A stretch of 63,473 nucleotides of DNA, filler included, from Chiloscyllium plagiosum (GCF_004010195.1; 4 parts of one record of this genome joined end to end with filler, not necessarily neighbours in it); one strand, 5' to 3'; positions 37,116 through 49,826 are shown, numbered from the whole stretch's first letter. Notes: a model not told the origin generated them from the sequence alone. Program-made: numbers and translations.

Positions 37116-38029
37116 GCCAATCAGGAAGCCACCTGTCTTAAGTACGCCCAAATACTTGGCCTCCTCAGCTCTCATACTGCCCACAAAGTCTGTTAAATGA
37201 AGCTTGAAGTCAAAACGTGGCTGCAACATGCGTTGCCCAGGAGGTGCCGCTAGAAACATTTAGAAAACACGTTTCTGTATTTTTCTCTGCTGGCTTACAC
37301 TGAGCAATTTACTCGAGAAAGGAAACAGGTTGAAAGCAAAACATTTCAGAGGCAGCCAATTTATGGAAGTATGCAAGTCAGTAATCCAATGCATTTGTAG
37401 TGTGATGCACTCTTGAATCTCACGGATCTGAGAATCAGTGGATAAGATTTTGTTTGTTCGAGCAACATGGTATTGGAGAAACTGAACATTCGAATGGAAA
37501 ACAATAATACCAATCCAACAGACAAACCGCAATCCCTCCACCCCCTGCACCGAAACAGGTAAGGTCAAATCTTGCTGTAGAAGAGTTCCAACAGCGAATC
37601 TACATGTTTTGTATGATCCACATAGAATAAGCACTCCAGCATCACAAAGTGCAAGTTGAGACCTCCATTGGAAAGTGATTATAACACGACGTCTCTGCAG
37701 GACAAAGTTCGTCGTTCTTAAACAAAATTAGTATGTTGCTAAAGTAGCGCCTATTTATGTATGGAAAATCACTCCATCGGATATTACCTAGCTACCAAAC
37801 ACGCTTTTGTATAAAATATTGCGGCAAATAAAACACAATAGTGCAGCCCCATAATGAAAAACAAAGTGAACGTAGAAAATGTATTGCTAAAATGTTATAT
37901 CGTTGAAATGGCTTTACATCGCAACATCATGGGAATATTAATAAAATTCATGTAAGGTATATTAAACTAATTCATTATAATCTGTAGTGGACTACTATGT
38001 ACAGCGGCATGGTATGATCACAGCCTTGG

Positions 38030-38370
38030 CTGAGAGGTAACTAGTAATGTATCGATGGCTGGATTCAAATCCCATTCTAAAGATTTGAGTTTGCTAGAGT
38101 TGATGCCGAATACTAAGGCAGTACTGCACTGCAGATAATGTCATCTGTTGAATTCCCTATTAAGGTGAAGATTCAGATGCTCATTCCAATAGAGATAAGA
38201 AATCCCATTGCCTTTCAAAAGAACGCAGCAATTTCCCTTAACAGTTCATATTTATCTCACATCCAACATCAGTAAGAAAGCAGACCATCAGATCATTATG
38301 ACGTTGCTGCTTGTGGAATATTACTATGTGCAATTTGGCTGTTGTGCTTTTAAACCGTGACACTTGAAAT
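38030..38370 (+). mobile_element. Diverged SacSINE/DeuSINE-like SINE
   Basis: B-box-like ggattcaaatccc and a Deu-domain-like 3' part (atatttatc..caacatca..cagaccatc.gatcattat..gttgctg.ttgtgg..tgtgcaatttggctg). Confidence 0.55.
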
Positions 38371-39437
38371 GTAAACATTAGGTATATAAAAGTATATATG
38401 CAAAGATTTTTGTTTAATACAATAAATGGATACTGTTGATTGAAAATATTGCAAACATAAAACAAACTGATTCAGAATTCTGTTTGATACAAAATTGACT
38501 AAAATGTAATGAAATAGCATGACACATAATAGTTAGTGTGAAGGATGTAATTCTACTGATTAGTGTATTTAAGTCTGAAAGAAATTAAACAGTGTATGCA
38601 TCACTATAGTGCAGCAACTAAAGAAAAATCACAACAATGGAACATTGTTTCGAATAAATCCAACATTTTAATACAAAATAGATAAAATAGCAGCAAAATA
38701 GTAATGCATGTAATACAATAAAGAAGACTAAAATATTGCATTAAATGGCATATATTTATAATATATGATATACACTATTCAAATCTTAAAATGGAATTTT
38801 AATGTCAAGTCCTGTACATATTAAATAGATATAATTAAATATGAAAAAATTAAGATATAAACTGAAATGAAGAAAATAGTGTAATGTTGATGAGCAATAA
38901 AAAGTAAGTTAACACCATAATATACATAAACAGCAAAGCCATCAAGTAGGATACTGTATAAAATAATATAACACAGCTTTTTAAAAGATCAAAATAGAGG
39001 AATGTGAAAGAGAGACATTAAATAAAGAAAATGTTGTGAGTGTGTGCAATGAAATGTAGTAACTAAATATCAGAATAAAACTACGTTATGTTTTAAAATG
39101 TAAAAAAGTCCTGATAAATATAATTCGCAACACCATGAAAAAGCATTAATATACTGTAAAGTAGTGCACATGAAATGGAACTTGATGGTTTATTCAAAGC
39201 TGGAATACTATGTGAGTCAGAAAATTCAAAAAGCCGAAGATCAAGTTGAGCAAAAAGACTTTGTTCAGTTGGTGATTCATTTCTTCATAAATGAAAAGGT
39301 GCTGTCATGAAGTCTGCCAGGAAAATGTCACTGAATGTGTTGACTCTCATATTCAACTTATTCTTTGGGTTGTGACTTTTGTACCTGTTGACACTTAACA
39401 TTTTGACTTTGAATAATCTGTGAAATTCCATACCATC

Positions 39438-39709
39438 TGTTATATCTGTATGGACCAGGCCAGACCCCCTCAAAATATTTTAAGAAGATAGCTTAGACCC
39501 TAACTTTTTCTTATTTTGAAGGCAGATGTGAAGTGAATATTCCAGATGTGATGCAGCTGATCAAACTAATCAGCTTTAAGCCAAACCAAGTTATTTAAAT
39601 ACCACAGTTGAAACAAGAACAAAAGGAAATGGAATTTAGAATAATGTAACCATTGTAAAACGTAACCAACCCAATATAGCAACTTAACTAAGTAACTGTT
39701 CCAATGTAG
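39438..39709 (-). mobile_element. Fragment of a related LTR in reverse orientation
   Basis: 39438-39510 resembles the reverse complement of the LTR 3' end at 40303-40365 (tggaccaggccagacc..ctcaaa..att.ttaag). Confidence 0.55.
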
Positions 39710-41655
39710 TGTCACAAAGCTAGTCTCTGTTTTTTCCAAAAGCTGTTCCTTGGCTCAAGGAGACTCTGTCCTTGATTTTTTTTCAGAGGAGCAATAAACC
39801 AGGCCAGGGTCTGATCAGTCTGGTTTGGTACAGAGATGAAAAGGATTTTGAGAAGCTTTTTGTTTATATGTAAACAAATGAGACTTCAGGCCGAAGTGAT
39901 CATGCTTTAGAAATGACCTGTATAAAGAGAATGGAGTGGTCAGCTCTCTAGCTGAGTTGAGCTAAGCAGTTGTAGTTCAGTCTTGAACTGGGAAATTCAA
40001 CAGGGAGCTATGTGGAAACTCTTTCTCCCTTTTCTCAACTTCAACCCGTAAGCATGTGTTCCATGTATACTGGCTTTTAAAGTGAGTTTGCTTATTGGGA
40101 CTGTTGTGTCTATTCGGAAAAGCATACTTAACCCAAGATAGAAGTTTGGATAGACTGAGTTCTGTAGGGGTTAATCATTCTGTTCTTTGTGTTTCATTGT
40201 GTAATTTTGTGAATAATTTTTTGTCTGTTTTAATATCTAGTAGTCAACCTAGCTATCTTTACTCTGGATAATTTTCAGTGTACACTTACTGAAGCAAGTT
40301 GCAAAGCTATGGTCTGGGGTTGCCTGCTTAAGAATGCTTTGAGTGGTCTGGCCTAGTCCATAACAGATTGGGGGCTCTTTGTGGGATTTTAAACAGTGAG
40401 TGGTAGGTGCTAGTGTCTTTATTTGGTGTGTTGGTTTGGTTGGGTAGACAAAGCTTGGGATAGGAATGGCTCTTTCAGTTGCCAGAAGTTTTCTGGATGT
40501 GGATGCGGTGACTTTGAAGGTTTTGCAAAAAATGAATAAGACCAAGTTGCAAGAATTAATAGAGAAGCTGGAATTGGAACTGCCTGCTTCTGTGAGAAAA
40601 GGAGAGATGATTGCAGCAGTAGCTCAGCAATTAAACTTGCCGGAGAAACCATCAGAATCTATAGAGATGGCAAGAATTCAATTGCAAATGGAGCAGTTTG
40701 AGTGGGAGGGGAGAGATAAGGAAAGGTCAGCAGAAATGAAAAGTTTGAGTTAAGATTAAAAGCAGAACAGAGAGAAAAAGAGAGAACAGCAGAAGAAAGG
40801 GAAAAAGAGAGAGCAGAGAAAGAAAAAGAGAGTGTGTTTGAACTTCAAAAACTGACACTTAAAAAGGAAAGTCAGCTTAAAAGGCTGGAGATAAAGACTG
40901 AGAGTAGGCTTAATGAGGAAGTAGTGCAAACTTATATGGAAGAGCAAAGAGTTAAAACAGCAAGGTTAGCAGCTGAAGTGGCTGATGATTATGAGCTGGT
41001 CCATAAAACTCGGTTTGGCTTCCAGAATGAATTTCAGTCCATGAGGGATAGCAATTGGGGCAAAGAGAAATCCTCATGTGGAAAGGGAAAGGTAGATCTC
41101 AGTGAAGATCATAAGGAGAACTTATCACAGGTTAAACAAAGAAAGCTTTGAGTGGGACAAAGAATTTAAAAAGCTCTGGATAAAAGCAAATTACTGTGGA
41201 TGCTAGAATCTGGGCTTTGACAAAAGGTTAATTAGACTTGAAATATCAGCTCTTTTCTCTCCTTACAGATGCTGCTAGACTTGCTGAGATTTTCCAGCAT
41301 TTTCTCTTTTTTGGAATTTAAAAAGCTCTGGTGTTTTCATTGTAATAAAGTGGGCCACACAAAACCATAGTGTTAGTGGTCAAGGAGAAAGCCAGATGTA
41401 GGAAAACTAGATAAGCCTGGAAGTTTTGTTGGACTAGTAACAAAAAGCGCAAGGGAAGTTAGACAACTGCCTCAGAGTGTCCAAGATAATCAGCGGTCGA
41501 TTAAGGAGGAAGGGCCAGATCTGCTTAAAAAATATACATGCAAGGATAAAGGTTATTGACATAGGCCAGGAGTAACAGGCAAGGAGGATACAATATTAAG
41601 GGACTCAGGATCCTCTCAGTCTGTATTGCTGAGGATGAGGAGATATGCACTCAGT
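39710..41655 (+). mobile_element. Gypsy-type (Gmr1-like) LTR retrotransposon: 5' LTR 39710-40365, PBS, degraded gag and protease start
   Basis: LTR bounded by TGT...ACA; TGGGGGCTCtttgtGGGAT at 40369-40387 resembles the tRNA-Pro PBS TGGGGGCTCGTCCGGGAT; gag-like ORF from 40466 with a coiled-coil region; CFHCNKVGHTKP*C zinc knuckle at about 41332; ILRDSGSSQS protease motif at about 41594. Confidence 0.8.
41180..41313. mobile_element. PLE-derived mini-element inserted in gag
   Basis: Perfect 18-bp TSD GAATTTAAAAAGCTCTGG (41162-41179 and 41314-41331); cagatgctgc.agacttgctgag..ttccagc arm. Confidence 0.8.
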
Positions 41656-43021
41656 AATAAGAAAGGAGAGGATCAAATATGAAGGTAGGCTAGCCAGTAA
41701 TATTAGAAATAATAGTAAAAGTTTCTTTCAGTACATAAGAAACAAATGACAGGCAAAAGTAGACATTGGGCCACTTCAAACTGATGCAGGAAGCCTAGTG
41801 ATGGGAGATAAGGAAATAGTAGGAGAACTTAACAAGTACTTTGCGTCAGTCTTCACAGTGGAAGACATGAGTAATATCCCAAAAATTAAAGGGTGTCACG
41901 GGGCTGAGTTGAGTATGGTTGCCATTACGAAAGAGATAGTGCTAGAAAAGTTAAAAAGTCTTAAAATTGATAAATCTCCTGGCCCCGATGGGATACACCC
42001 TAGAGTTCTGAGAGAGGTGGCTGAGGAAATAGCAGAGGCATTGGTTGAGATCTTTCAAGAGTCACTGGAGTCAGGAAAGGTCCCGGATGATTGGAAGATG
42101 GCTGTTGTAACCCCCTTGTACAAGAAAGGATCAAGGCAAAAGATGGAAAATTATAGGCCAATCAGCTTAACCTCAGTTGTTGGTAAAATTCTAGAATCCA
42201 TCATTAAGGATGAGGTTTCGAAATTCTTGGAAGAGCAGAGTCTGATTAGAACAAGTCAACATGGATTTAGTAAAGGGAGGTCATGCCTGACAAACCTGTT
42301 AGAATTTTTTGAAGAGGTAACAAGTAGGTTAGACCAGGGAAACCCAATGGATGTGGTCTATCTAGACTTTCAAAAGGCCTTTGATAAGGTACCACACGGG
42401 AGGCTGCTGAGCAAGGTGAGGGCCCATGGTGTCCGAGGTGAGCTGCTGGGATGGATTGAGGATTGGCTATCTAACAGAAGGCAGAGAGTTGGGATAAAAG
42501 GTCCTTTTTCAGAATGGCAGCCGGTGACGAGCGGTGTCCCGCAGGGTTCAGTGCTGGGGCCACAGCTGTTCGCATTATATATTAACGATTTGGATGAGGG
42601 AACCGGGGGCATTCTAGCGAAGTTTGCCGATGATACGAAGTTAGGTGGACAGGCAGGTAGTACTGAGGAAGTGGGGAGGCTACAGAAGGATCTAGACAGG
42701 TTGGGAGAGTGGTCCAGAAAATGGCTGATGGAATTTAACGTGAGCAAGTGCGAGGTCTTGCACTTTGGCAAAAAGAATAAAAGCATAGACTACTTTCTAA
42801 ATGGTGAGAAAATTAATAAAGCCAAAGCACAAAGGGATCTGGGAGTGCTAGTCGAGGATTCTCTAAAGGTAAACATGCAGGTTGAGTCCATGATTAAGAA
42901 AGCGAATGCAATGTTGTCTCTTATCTCAAGAGGGTTGGAATACAAAAGCAGAGATGTACTACTAAGACTTTATAAAGCTCTGGTTAGGCCCCATTTGGAG
43001 TACTATGTCCAGTTTTGGTCC
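41656..43021 (+). mobile_element. Young CR1 LINE ORF2 reverse transcriptase (open 41798-43021, cut by a gap)
   Basis: KSPGPDGIHPRVL, NYRPISLTSVVGKILE, QHGF..GRSCLTNL, YLDFQKAFDKVPH, SGVPQGSVLGP and KFADDTKL, with no stop for more than 400 codons. Confidence 0.96.
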
Positions 43022-43121
43022 NNNNNNNNNNNNNNNNNNNNNNNNNNNNNNNNNNNNNNNNNNNNTTAATTAATTAANNNNNNNNNNNNNNNNNNNNNNN
43101 NNNNNNNNNNNNNNNNNNNNN

Positions 43122-43203
43122 TCAGTCGCCTGAGTCGGGAATTGAACCCGGGTCTACAGGCGCTGTGAGGCAGCAGTGCTAACCACTGGGCCACCGTGCC
43201 CAG
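43122..43203 (-). mobile_element. HE1 SINE 5' head
   Basis: The - strand reads GGGCACGGTGGCCCAGTGGTTAGCACTGCTGCCTCACAGC...GGGTTCAATTCCCG. Confidence 0.85.
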
Positions 43204-43405
43204 TTGTGGCAGCCACTGCTCCAGGAATGCTGTAAGCTGGCCTTCCTCTTCCTGTTCGGGAAGGCCCAGCAAACGAATATTTTTTCGGCGACCTCGATTA
43301 TCGAGGTCGTCAATATGATTTTCCAAGGTCCGGACTCGCTGCTCGAGAGTCCGGACCTGATCCACGGCCGATTGAGCGGTTGTCTCCGAGGTCGCGGCGC
43401 ATCTA
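43204..43405 (-). mobile_element. L1-clade ORF1p fragment
   Basis: ORF 43066..43365: coiled-coil heptads, then DDLDNRGRRKNIRLLGLPE, the conserved L1 ORF1p motif preceding the RRM. Confidence 0.75.
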
Positions 43406-44044
43406 AGTACAATTAATCATTAACTTATTAAAAAATTTGATTCAGCAGGAGTGGCAATATATTTTGAAGTCAGGATAGTGAGTGGCTTGGAGAGGCACCT
43501 GAAGTCTTGGTGCTTCCTGCATTTGATGCCCTTGCCCTTACAGATGGGAGAGGACATGGTTTGGAAGGTGCTGCCTAAGAAGCTCTTGTGAATTTTTGCA
43601 GTGCATCTTGTAAATTGTATTTGCTGCCTTTTTTTAATCACTCGTGGGATGTGGGCATTGTTGGCTGGCCAGCACTTATCAGTAGTGAATAAGTGAATGT
43701 TAGTGCATGTGGTGTCAATGAAGGCTGCCCTCTAGTGTCAAGCTCTTGAGTGTTGTTGGAGTGCACTCATCCAGGCAAGTGGAGAGTTTTCCATCACACT
43801 CCTGACCTATTCTTTGTGAATGGTGGACAGGCTTTGGACAATCCAGGTGAGTTACTTATTGCAGGATTCCTAACCCCTGACCTGCTTTTGTAGATATTGT
43901 ATTTATTAGGCTAGTACTTTCAGTTTTGGTCAGTGGTAATCCCAGGATGTTAATAATGGAGGATTCCTCAATCATATTACCATTGAAAGCCAAGGCACTA
44001 TGGTTAGATTTTGTCTTGTTGGAGATGGTGCTAGTGCCACTCAG

Positions 44045-47000
44045 AAGAGTGTAAACTAGTGTGGTAGGGTGTTGGAACCAGAGCAGTAAGTTAGCAATTG
44101 AAGTGATTGAGGAGAATGTAGAAGTTAATTAAAGGAAGTCTACCATGAAGAACAGGCAGATCAATGAATGTGGCAGTACTGGAAGTCTGATTATTTCAGG
44201 GAAGGCATGAGAGCTTAGAACCTGGGTTAATCATGGAACTATTATGTTGTAGCCATTACAGAAACTTGGTTGGGAGGAGAGCAGGACTGGAAGCTCAATA
44301 TTCCAGGGTTTTGATGATGCGGAGGAGATGGTGTTGGACTAGGGTGGACACAGTTAAAAATCACACAAAACCAGGTTATAGTCCAACAGGTTTATTGGGA
44401 AATGCTAGCTTTCAGAGCGCTGCTTCTTCATAACTACCTGATACTCTGAAAGCTAGTGCTTCCAAATAAACCTGTTTGACAATAACCTGGTCTTGTGTGA
44501 TTTCTAACAGGGTTTAGATGTTTCAGGTATGATAGAGAAGGATGTAAAAGGGGTGGGAGGAGTTGCATTACTGATTATGGAGAATGTTATACTGCACTAA
44601 CAGAGGACGTCTTAGAAGGCTCATTCACCGAGACCATATGGGTAGAACTCAGGAATGAGAAAGATGCCATCACAATGATGGAGTTCTTCTTCAGGCTTCC
44701 AAAAAGTCAGCAGAATATAGTGGAACAGATATGTAAGCCAATCATAGAAAGATGTAAAAACAACAGGGTTGTTGTAATGGGTGATTCTAACTTTCCCAAT
44801 ATTGACCCAGACTCCCTTTGTGCCAGAGGCTTAAATGAGGCAGGGTTTGTTAGGTGTATCCAGGAGGGTTTCTTGAAATAGTTCAATTAGGGAAGGGCCA
44901 TACTAGACCTTGTATTGGGGAAAGAACCTGGCCAGGTGATTGAGGTTTTAGTGGGGTAGTATTTTGGGAACAGTGATCATCATTTGTATGTTTTAACATA
45001 GTTATGGATGAGTTATTGGTCCTCGGATGAAAGTATTAAATTAGGGGAAGGTTAATTCCCACAGTATTAGACAGGAATTGGAGAAATTGGATGGGGGCTA
45101 GATAGGGTAAATTCACATCTGACAGTTGGGAGTCTTTTAAAGGTCAATTTATCAGAAGTCAGGACCAGAATGTTCCTATGTGGGTAAAAGATAAGGGTGC
45201 CAAGATTCGGGAACTCTGGATGATAAGAGATATTGAAAGTTTAATCAAAAAGGAAGCATATGTGAAGTTTAGAAAACAGAAATCAATCAAGGCCCTTGAG
45301 GAATGTAGAGGAAGCAGTAAAAACTTAAACAAGAAATTACCAGGTTTAAAGGGAAAGGGGTGGGGGAGGGGGGGGTGAGGGGAGACATGGAATATCATTA
45401 ATAAGTAGGATTAAGGAGAATCTCAAGAGATTGTGTACATGTATTAGGAGCAAGAGGGTAGCTAGAAAAGGATGGGTCCACTGAAGGACAAGGGAGGAAA
45501 TTTGTATGTGTGTGAAGCCAGAGGAAGCAGGTGAGATCATTTCATGAGTACGTCGCGTTAGTATTCAACAAGATGAAGGACATGGATGATGGTAATTTTA
45601 GGGAGAGATATGCTGATAGTCTAGGACATGTCGATATTAAGAAGGAGATGTTGGGTGTTTTCAAAAACATTTAAGGTAAATAATCCACAGGGCCTGCTGG
45701 AATCTATGGCAGGATCCTTCGGAGTATTAATATACTTAGCCTGGGGTCCCAGTCCATAGATCCCTGATAATGAGGGAGGCAAGGGAGGGGATTGTTGGGT
45801 CCTTGACAGAAATCTATTTTAGCCACAGGCGAGATGCCAGAAGACTGGAGAATAGCCAATGTTGTTCCTCTTTAAGAAAGGCAACAGGCATAATCCAGAA
45901 AATTATAGGCTGGTATCAGTGGTAGTGAAATTATTGGAGAGGATTCTTAAGAACAGGATTTACTTGCATTTGGAAAGGAGTCGACTTATCAGAGATAATT
46001 AGCATGGCTTTGTACAGGGAAAGTCTTGATTTGATTGAGTTTTTGGGAGAAGTGACAAAAATGATTGATGAGGATTGACAGTGGATGTTGTCATTGTGGA
46101 CTTTACTGAAGCATTTGTCAACGCTCCTCATGATAGGCTGGTTGACAAGATTAGTTCACATGGGATCAACAGTGAGTTGATAAACTGGCTGAGTCATAGA
46201 GACAGAGGATAGATGGTGGGATGTTTTCCTGTCTGGAGGTCTGTGACTAGTGATGTTCCGTAAGGATCAGTACTGAGACTCTCTTTTGTAATGTATCTAA
46301 ATAATTTGTATGAAAATGTAGTTGGTCTGATTAGTAAGTTTGCAGACAACACACAAATTATGGAGTTGTGGATAGTGAGGAAGGTTGTCAAAAGATACAA
46401 TAGTTGGATCTAATGGAAAGTTCGGCTGCGAAATGATAGATGGAGTTTAATCAAGAGAAGTGTGAAATGAAGATTAAATGCAAGAGGAATGTATGTAATA
46501 AATGGCAGGATCCTTCGGAGTATTAGTATACTTAGCCTGGGGTCCCAGTCCATAGATCCCTGAAAATGGCAGCACAAATGGATAAGGTGGTAAAGAAAGC
46601 ATACAGCATATTTGCCTTCATTGTTTGGGACATTCAGTGCAAAAATTGGCAAGTCAAATTACAGCTGCATAAAACTTTACTTAGGCCACATGTGTAGTAT
46701 TCTGTAAAGTTCTGGATGCCACACTTTAGGAAGGACGTGGAGGCTTCGGAGAGGGTACAAAAGAGGTTTCGCAGGTTGTTGCCTGGATTGCAGCATATTA
46801 ACTATGAGGAGAGTTTGGACAAACTTGGTTGTTTTCACTAGAGCATTGGAGGCTGAGGGATGACCTGGTAGAAGAATATAAAATTATGAGAGGCATGGAC
46901 AGGGTGAATGATTGGAATCTTTTTTTCAGCATGGAAATGCCAAATCCTAGGGGGAATAGGTTTAAGGTGAGATAGAGTAAATTTAAAGGAGATATGTGAG

Positions 47001-47115
47001 TCAAGTGTTTTGCCACAGAGGGTGGTATGTGCTTGGAATATGCTGCCAGGGGAGATGGTAGATGCAAATACGATGCGTGTAAAGGGTATTTAGACAGACA
47101 CATGAACATGAAGTA
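44045..47115 (+). mobile_element. Heavily degraded long CR1 LINE (endonuclease to RT C-terminus)
   Basis: VVVMGDSNFPNID, GFVRCIQEGFL, EDWRIANVVP, QHGF-like and KFADNT fragments scattered across frames. Confidence 0.8.
44317..44507. mobile_element. Fold-back PLE mini-element, family C
   Basis: Arms gttaaaaatcacacaaaaccaggttatagtccaacaggtttatt / aataaacctgtttgacaataacctggtcttgtgtgatttctaac; 13-bp TSD cagggttttgatg / cagggtttagatg (44304-44316 and 44508-44520). Confidence 0.8.
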
Positions 47116-48324
47116 GAAGAGCAGGGACCACGTGCTTGTCAGCTCAAACCTAGTTATGTCTTGTTGGACTTGGACTACTTCAAATCTGAAGAATCATTGC
47201 TGAACATTGTGCAATCGTTTGCAATCATCCCTCTTTCTGACCTTATGATGGAGGTAAGGTCACTGTTGAAACAGTTAAAAGTAGTTAGATGTACCTTTGT
47301 ACCCTGACGAACTTCCTAAAGTGATGTCCTAGAGATGAGATGGCTGACTTCCAAAAAGGAGAGGTTTCCCCCAATTCCCAGTGACTCATTTTACTAGGCT
47401 TCTTAATATGACACTGGATCAATGAATCCTTGATATCAAGGGCAGTCACTTTCACCTCACCTTTGGAGTTAATTCTGTTGTCCATGTTGGGTCAAGGCTA
47501 TAATGAGGTCAGGAGTGGCTCTGGTGGAACCCAACTGGATGACCATAAGCACATTTTTACCAAGCAAATGCTGCTTTGTAGCACTGTAAATAGCCCCTTC
47601 CTTCACTTTGCTGATGACCAAGAGTAGACTGCTGAGGTAATAATTGGCTGGGAATTTTCTTGCTTTTTGCATGAGGGACATTTGGAGGCAGTTTTCCACA
47701 TTGTCAGGGAGATGCCAGTTTTTATAGCTGCTCTGGATCAGCTTGGCTAATGATGCAGTTAGTTCTGGAGCACAAGTTTGTAGTAGTATTGCTCAGGGTT
47801 TCCAGTGCCTATAGCTATTTATTGATATATTTGGAATGTATCATAATGGCTGAAATTTGACCTCTATGATCCTGGGAACTTCTGGAGGAGGTAGAGATGA
47901 ATCTTCCACTCAGCACCTCCAGTTCATGATTGTTGCAAATGCTTTAGCCTTGCCTTTTGCACTGATGTGCTGGGTTCCTCATTGTTGAGGGTAGGGATAT
48001 GGATATGGATAGAACCTTCTCTTATGATTTGCTTAATTGTCCAGTAGCATTCGCAACTACATGTGACAGGACTAGAAAGCTTAGATCTGATCCATTTGTC
48101 ATAAAATCGCTTGGCTCTGTCAGTTTCTGCTTAGACTGTTTGGCACACAATTTTTCCTATGTAATAGTTTCAAACGATGCTACCTCATTTTTAAGTATGC
48201 ATGGTGCTATTCCTGGCATGCCTTTCTGCACTCTTCATCGAACCAGTAGTGATATTTTGGCTTGCTGGTAATGGTAGAGTGGGGGATATGCCAGGCCATC
48301 TCGATGTAGATTGTTTCATTAGTT

Positions 48325-48460
48325 ATAGTCCACAACCACCTGATGAAGGATCTGCGCTCCAAAAGCTAGTGCTTCCAAATAAACCAATAGGACTATAACC
48401 TGGTGTTGTGTGATTTTAAACTTTGTACACCTCAGTTCAACACTGGCACCTCCAAATCAT
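48325..48460 (+). mobile_element. Family C PLE pLTR fragment with hammerhead remnant (48337-48372)
   Basis: cac-CTGATGA-AGGATCTGCGCTCC-AAAAGCTA-GTG: stem I cac/GTG, palindromic AGCT, GAAA mutated to AAAA. Confidence 0.7.
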
Positions 48461-49826
48461 AAACAGATGTGGTTGTAATAGATTGATGAGAATGAAGTCA
48501 AGTATGTTTTTCCCTCTTGTTGATTCACTCACCAACTGCTTCACTATTGTTTTAATAGCTATGTCCTTTAGGACTCAATCAGTTCAGGCAGTGGTTGTGC
48601 TGTTGAGCCATTCTTCAAAGTTCCTCCCCTGCCCGTCCCAGAGTATGATCTGCACTTTTGTCATCCTCAGTGCCTCCTTAAAAAGAAGTACTGATTCATC
48701 AGTTGGACCAATTTTGCAGATACCATCAGTAACTCACTAAGACTTTTTTGGACAGCACCTTCCAAATCTTCTGTCACCTGAGATTAAAAGGGCAAGGCTT
48801 GATGGGAACTCTGCTATTTGCAAGTACCCAAATGACACAACTTTTAACTTGGAAATACATCATAATTGTTTTCATTGTGCTGGTTGCAAATCCTGGAACT
48901 CCATCCTTAGCAGTGTTGTGGGAACATCTCCACACGGACTTCAGTGGTTTAAGGAAGTTGTTTCTTCTTGAAGGTTTAGAAATGAGTAATAAATATGTGG
49001 CTTTGCCAGTATCACCTTTAACTCATGAATAAATAAAAAAAGTTTTGTCAATCATTCACTGTAAAAACATCAAAACAATTTATTTGACTTTTTATATTGT
49101 TTCATGTAGCATGGGTAAGGCATAAATGCAATTGGGGTTATTGAATGCATGCTTCATTAAGAGGTTTTAGCTTGAGCCATGCTGTCTAACAGAGTTCATT
49201 CCTCTTATGTGTTTGAATTAATTCTTCTTCTATGGCCAGCCTCCATTGCAACGAGACACTTTGATTATACTTTCATTTAACAGACTTAATCCAATGTTAA
49301 ATAATACTGAAGTAATTCTTTACATTCTAATCATCCCAAAAAATGACAATTACATTAGATTGTAGAAAATTTTTTTCAACTAGTATTTCTGAAAGGAAAC
49401 GATGATATCTTATGTTAAACTACAAAATTTGTAGCCTGCAAAATATGTTGAGACTTTCTTAAAAGGACAAAGAAAAGTAGAAACTTCAGAAGCTCTGTGA
49501 CCTTATTCAACCTCTATTGAATGCTTGCAAAAGGCAGACAAAAAGGACAAAAGAACATAAGCCTGCCTCTTTTTCAAGGGGCATTCATTTTCCCATGGGG
49601 ACAAAGCTCAGAATATAACTCCCATGAAGAGCCTGGCATTCGGATCAGATTTCAGATTATTCTCCTGGACAGCAACCACTGAAGCAGCATCAAACAAGAA
49701 ATACACATGTGAATCAAAGATTGAATAACTTGAGGAGACTTCCACTCTTGGTGGGTTCTTCACATTGTAGATGGACCAGACAGCCATCCTATGGTTTCTA
49801 AAATCTCAAATGCAACAGGCATTCAT

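Noticed and set aside
37260..37634. 124-aa - strand ORF in the CpG-retaining unique block
   Set aside because: Non-ATG start and no recognisable motif; treated as chance.
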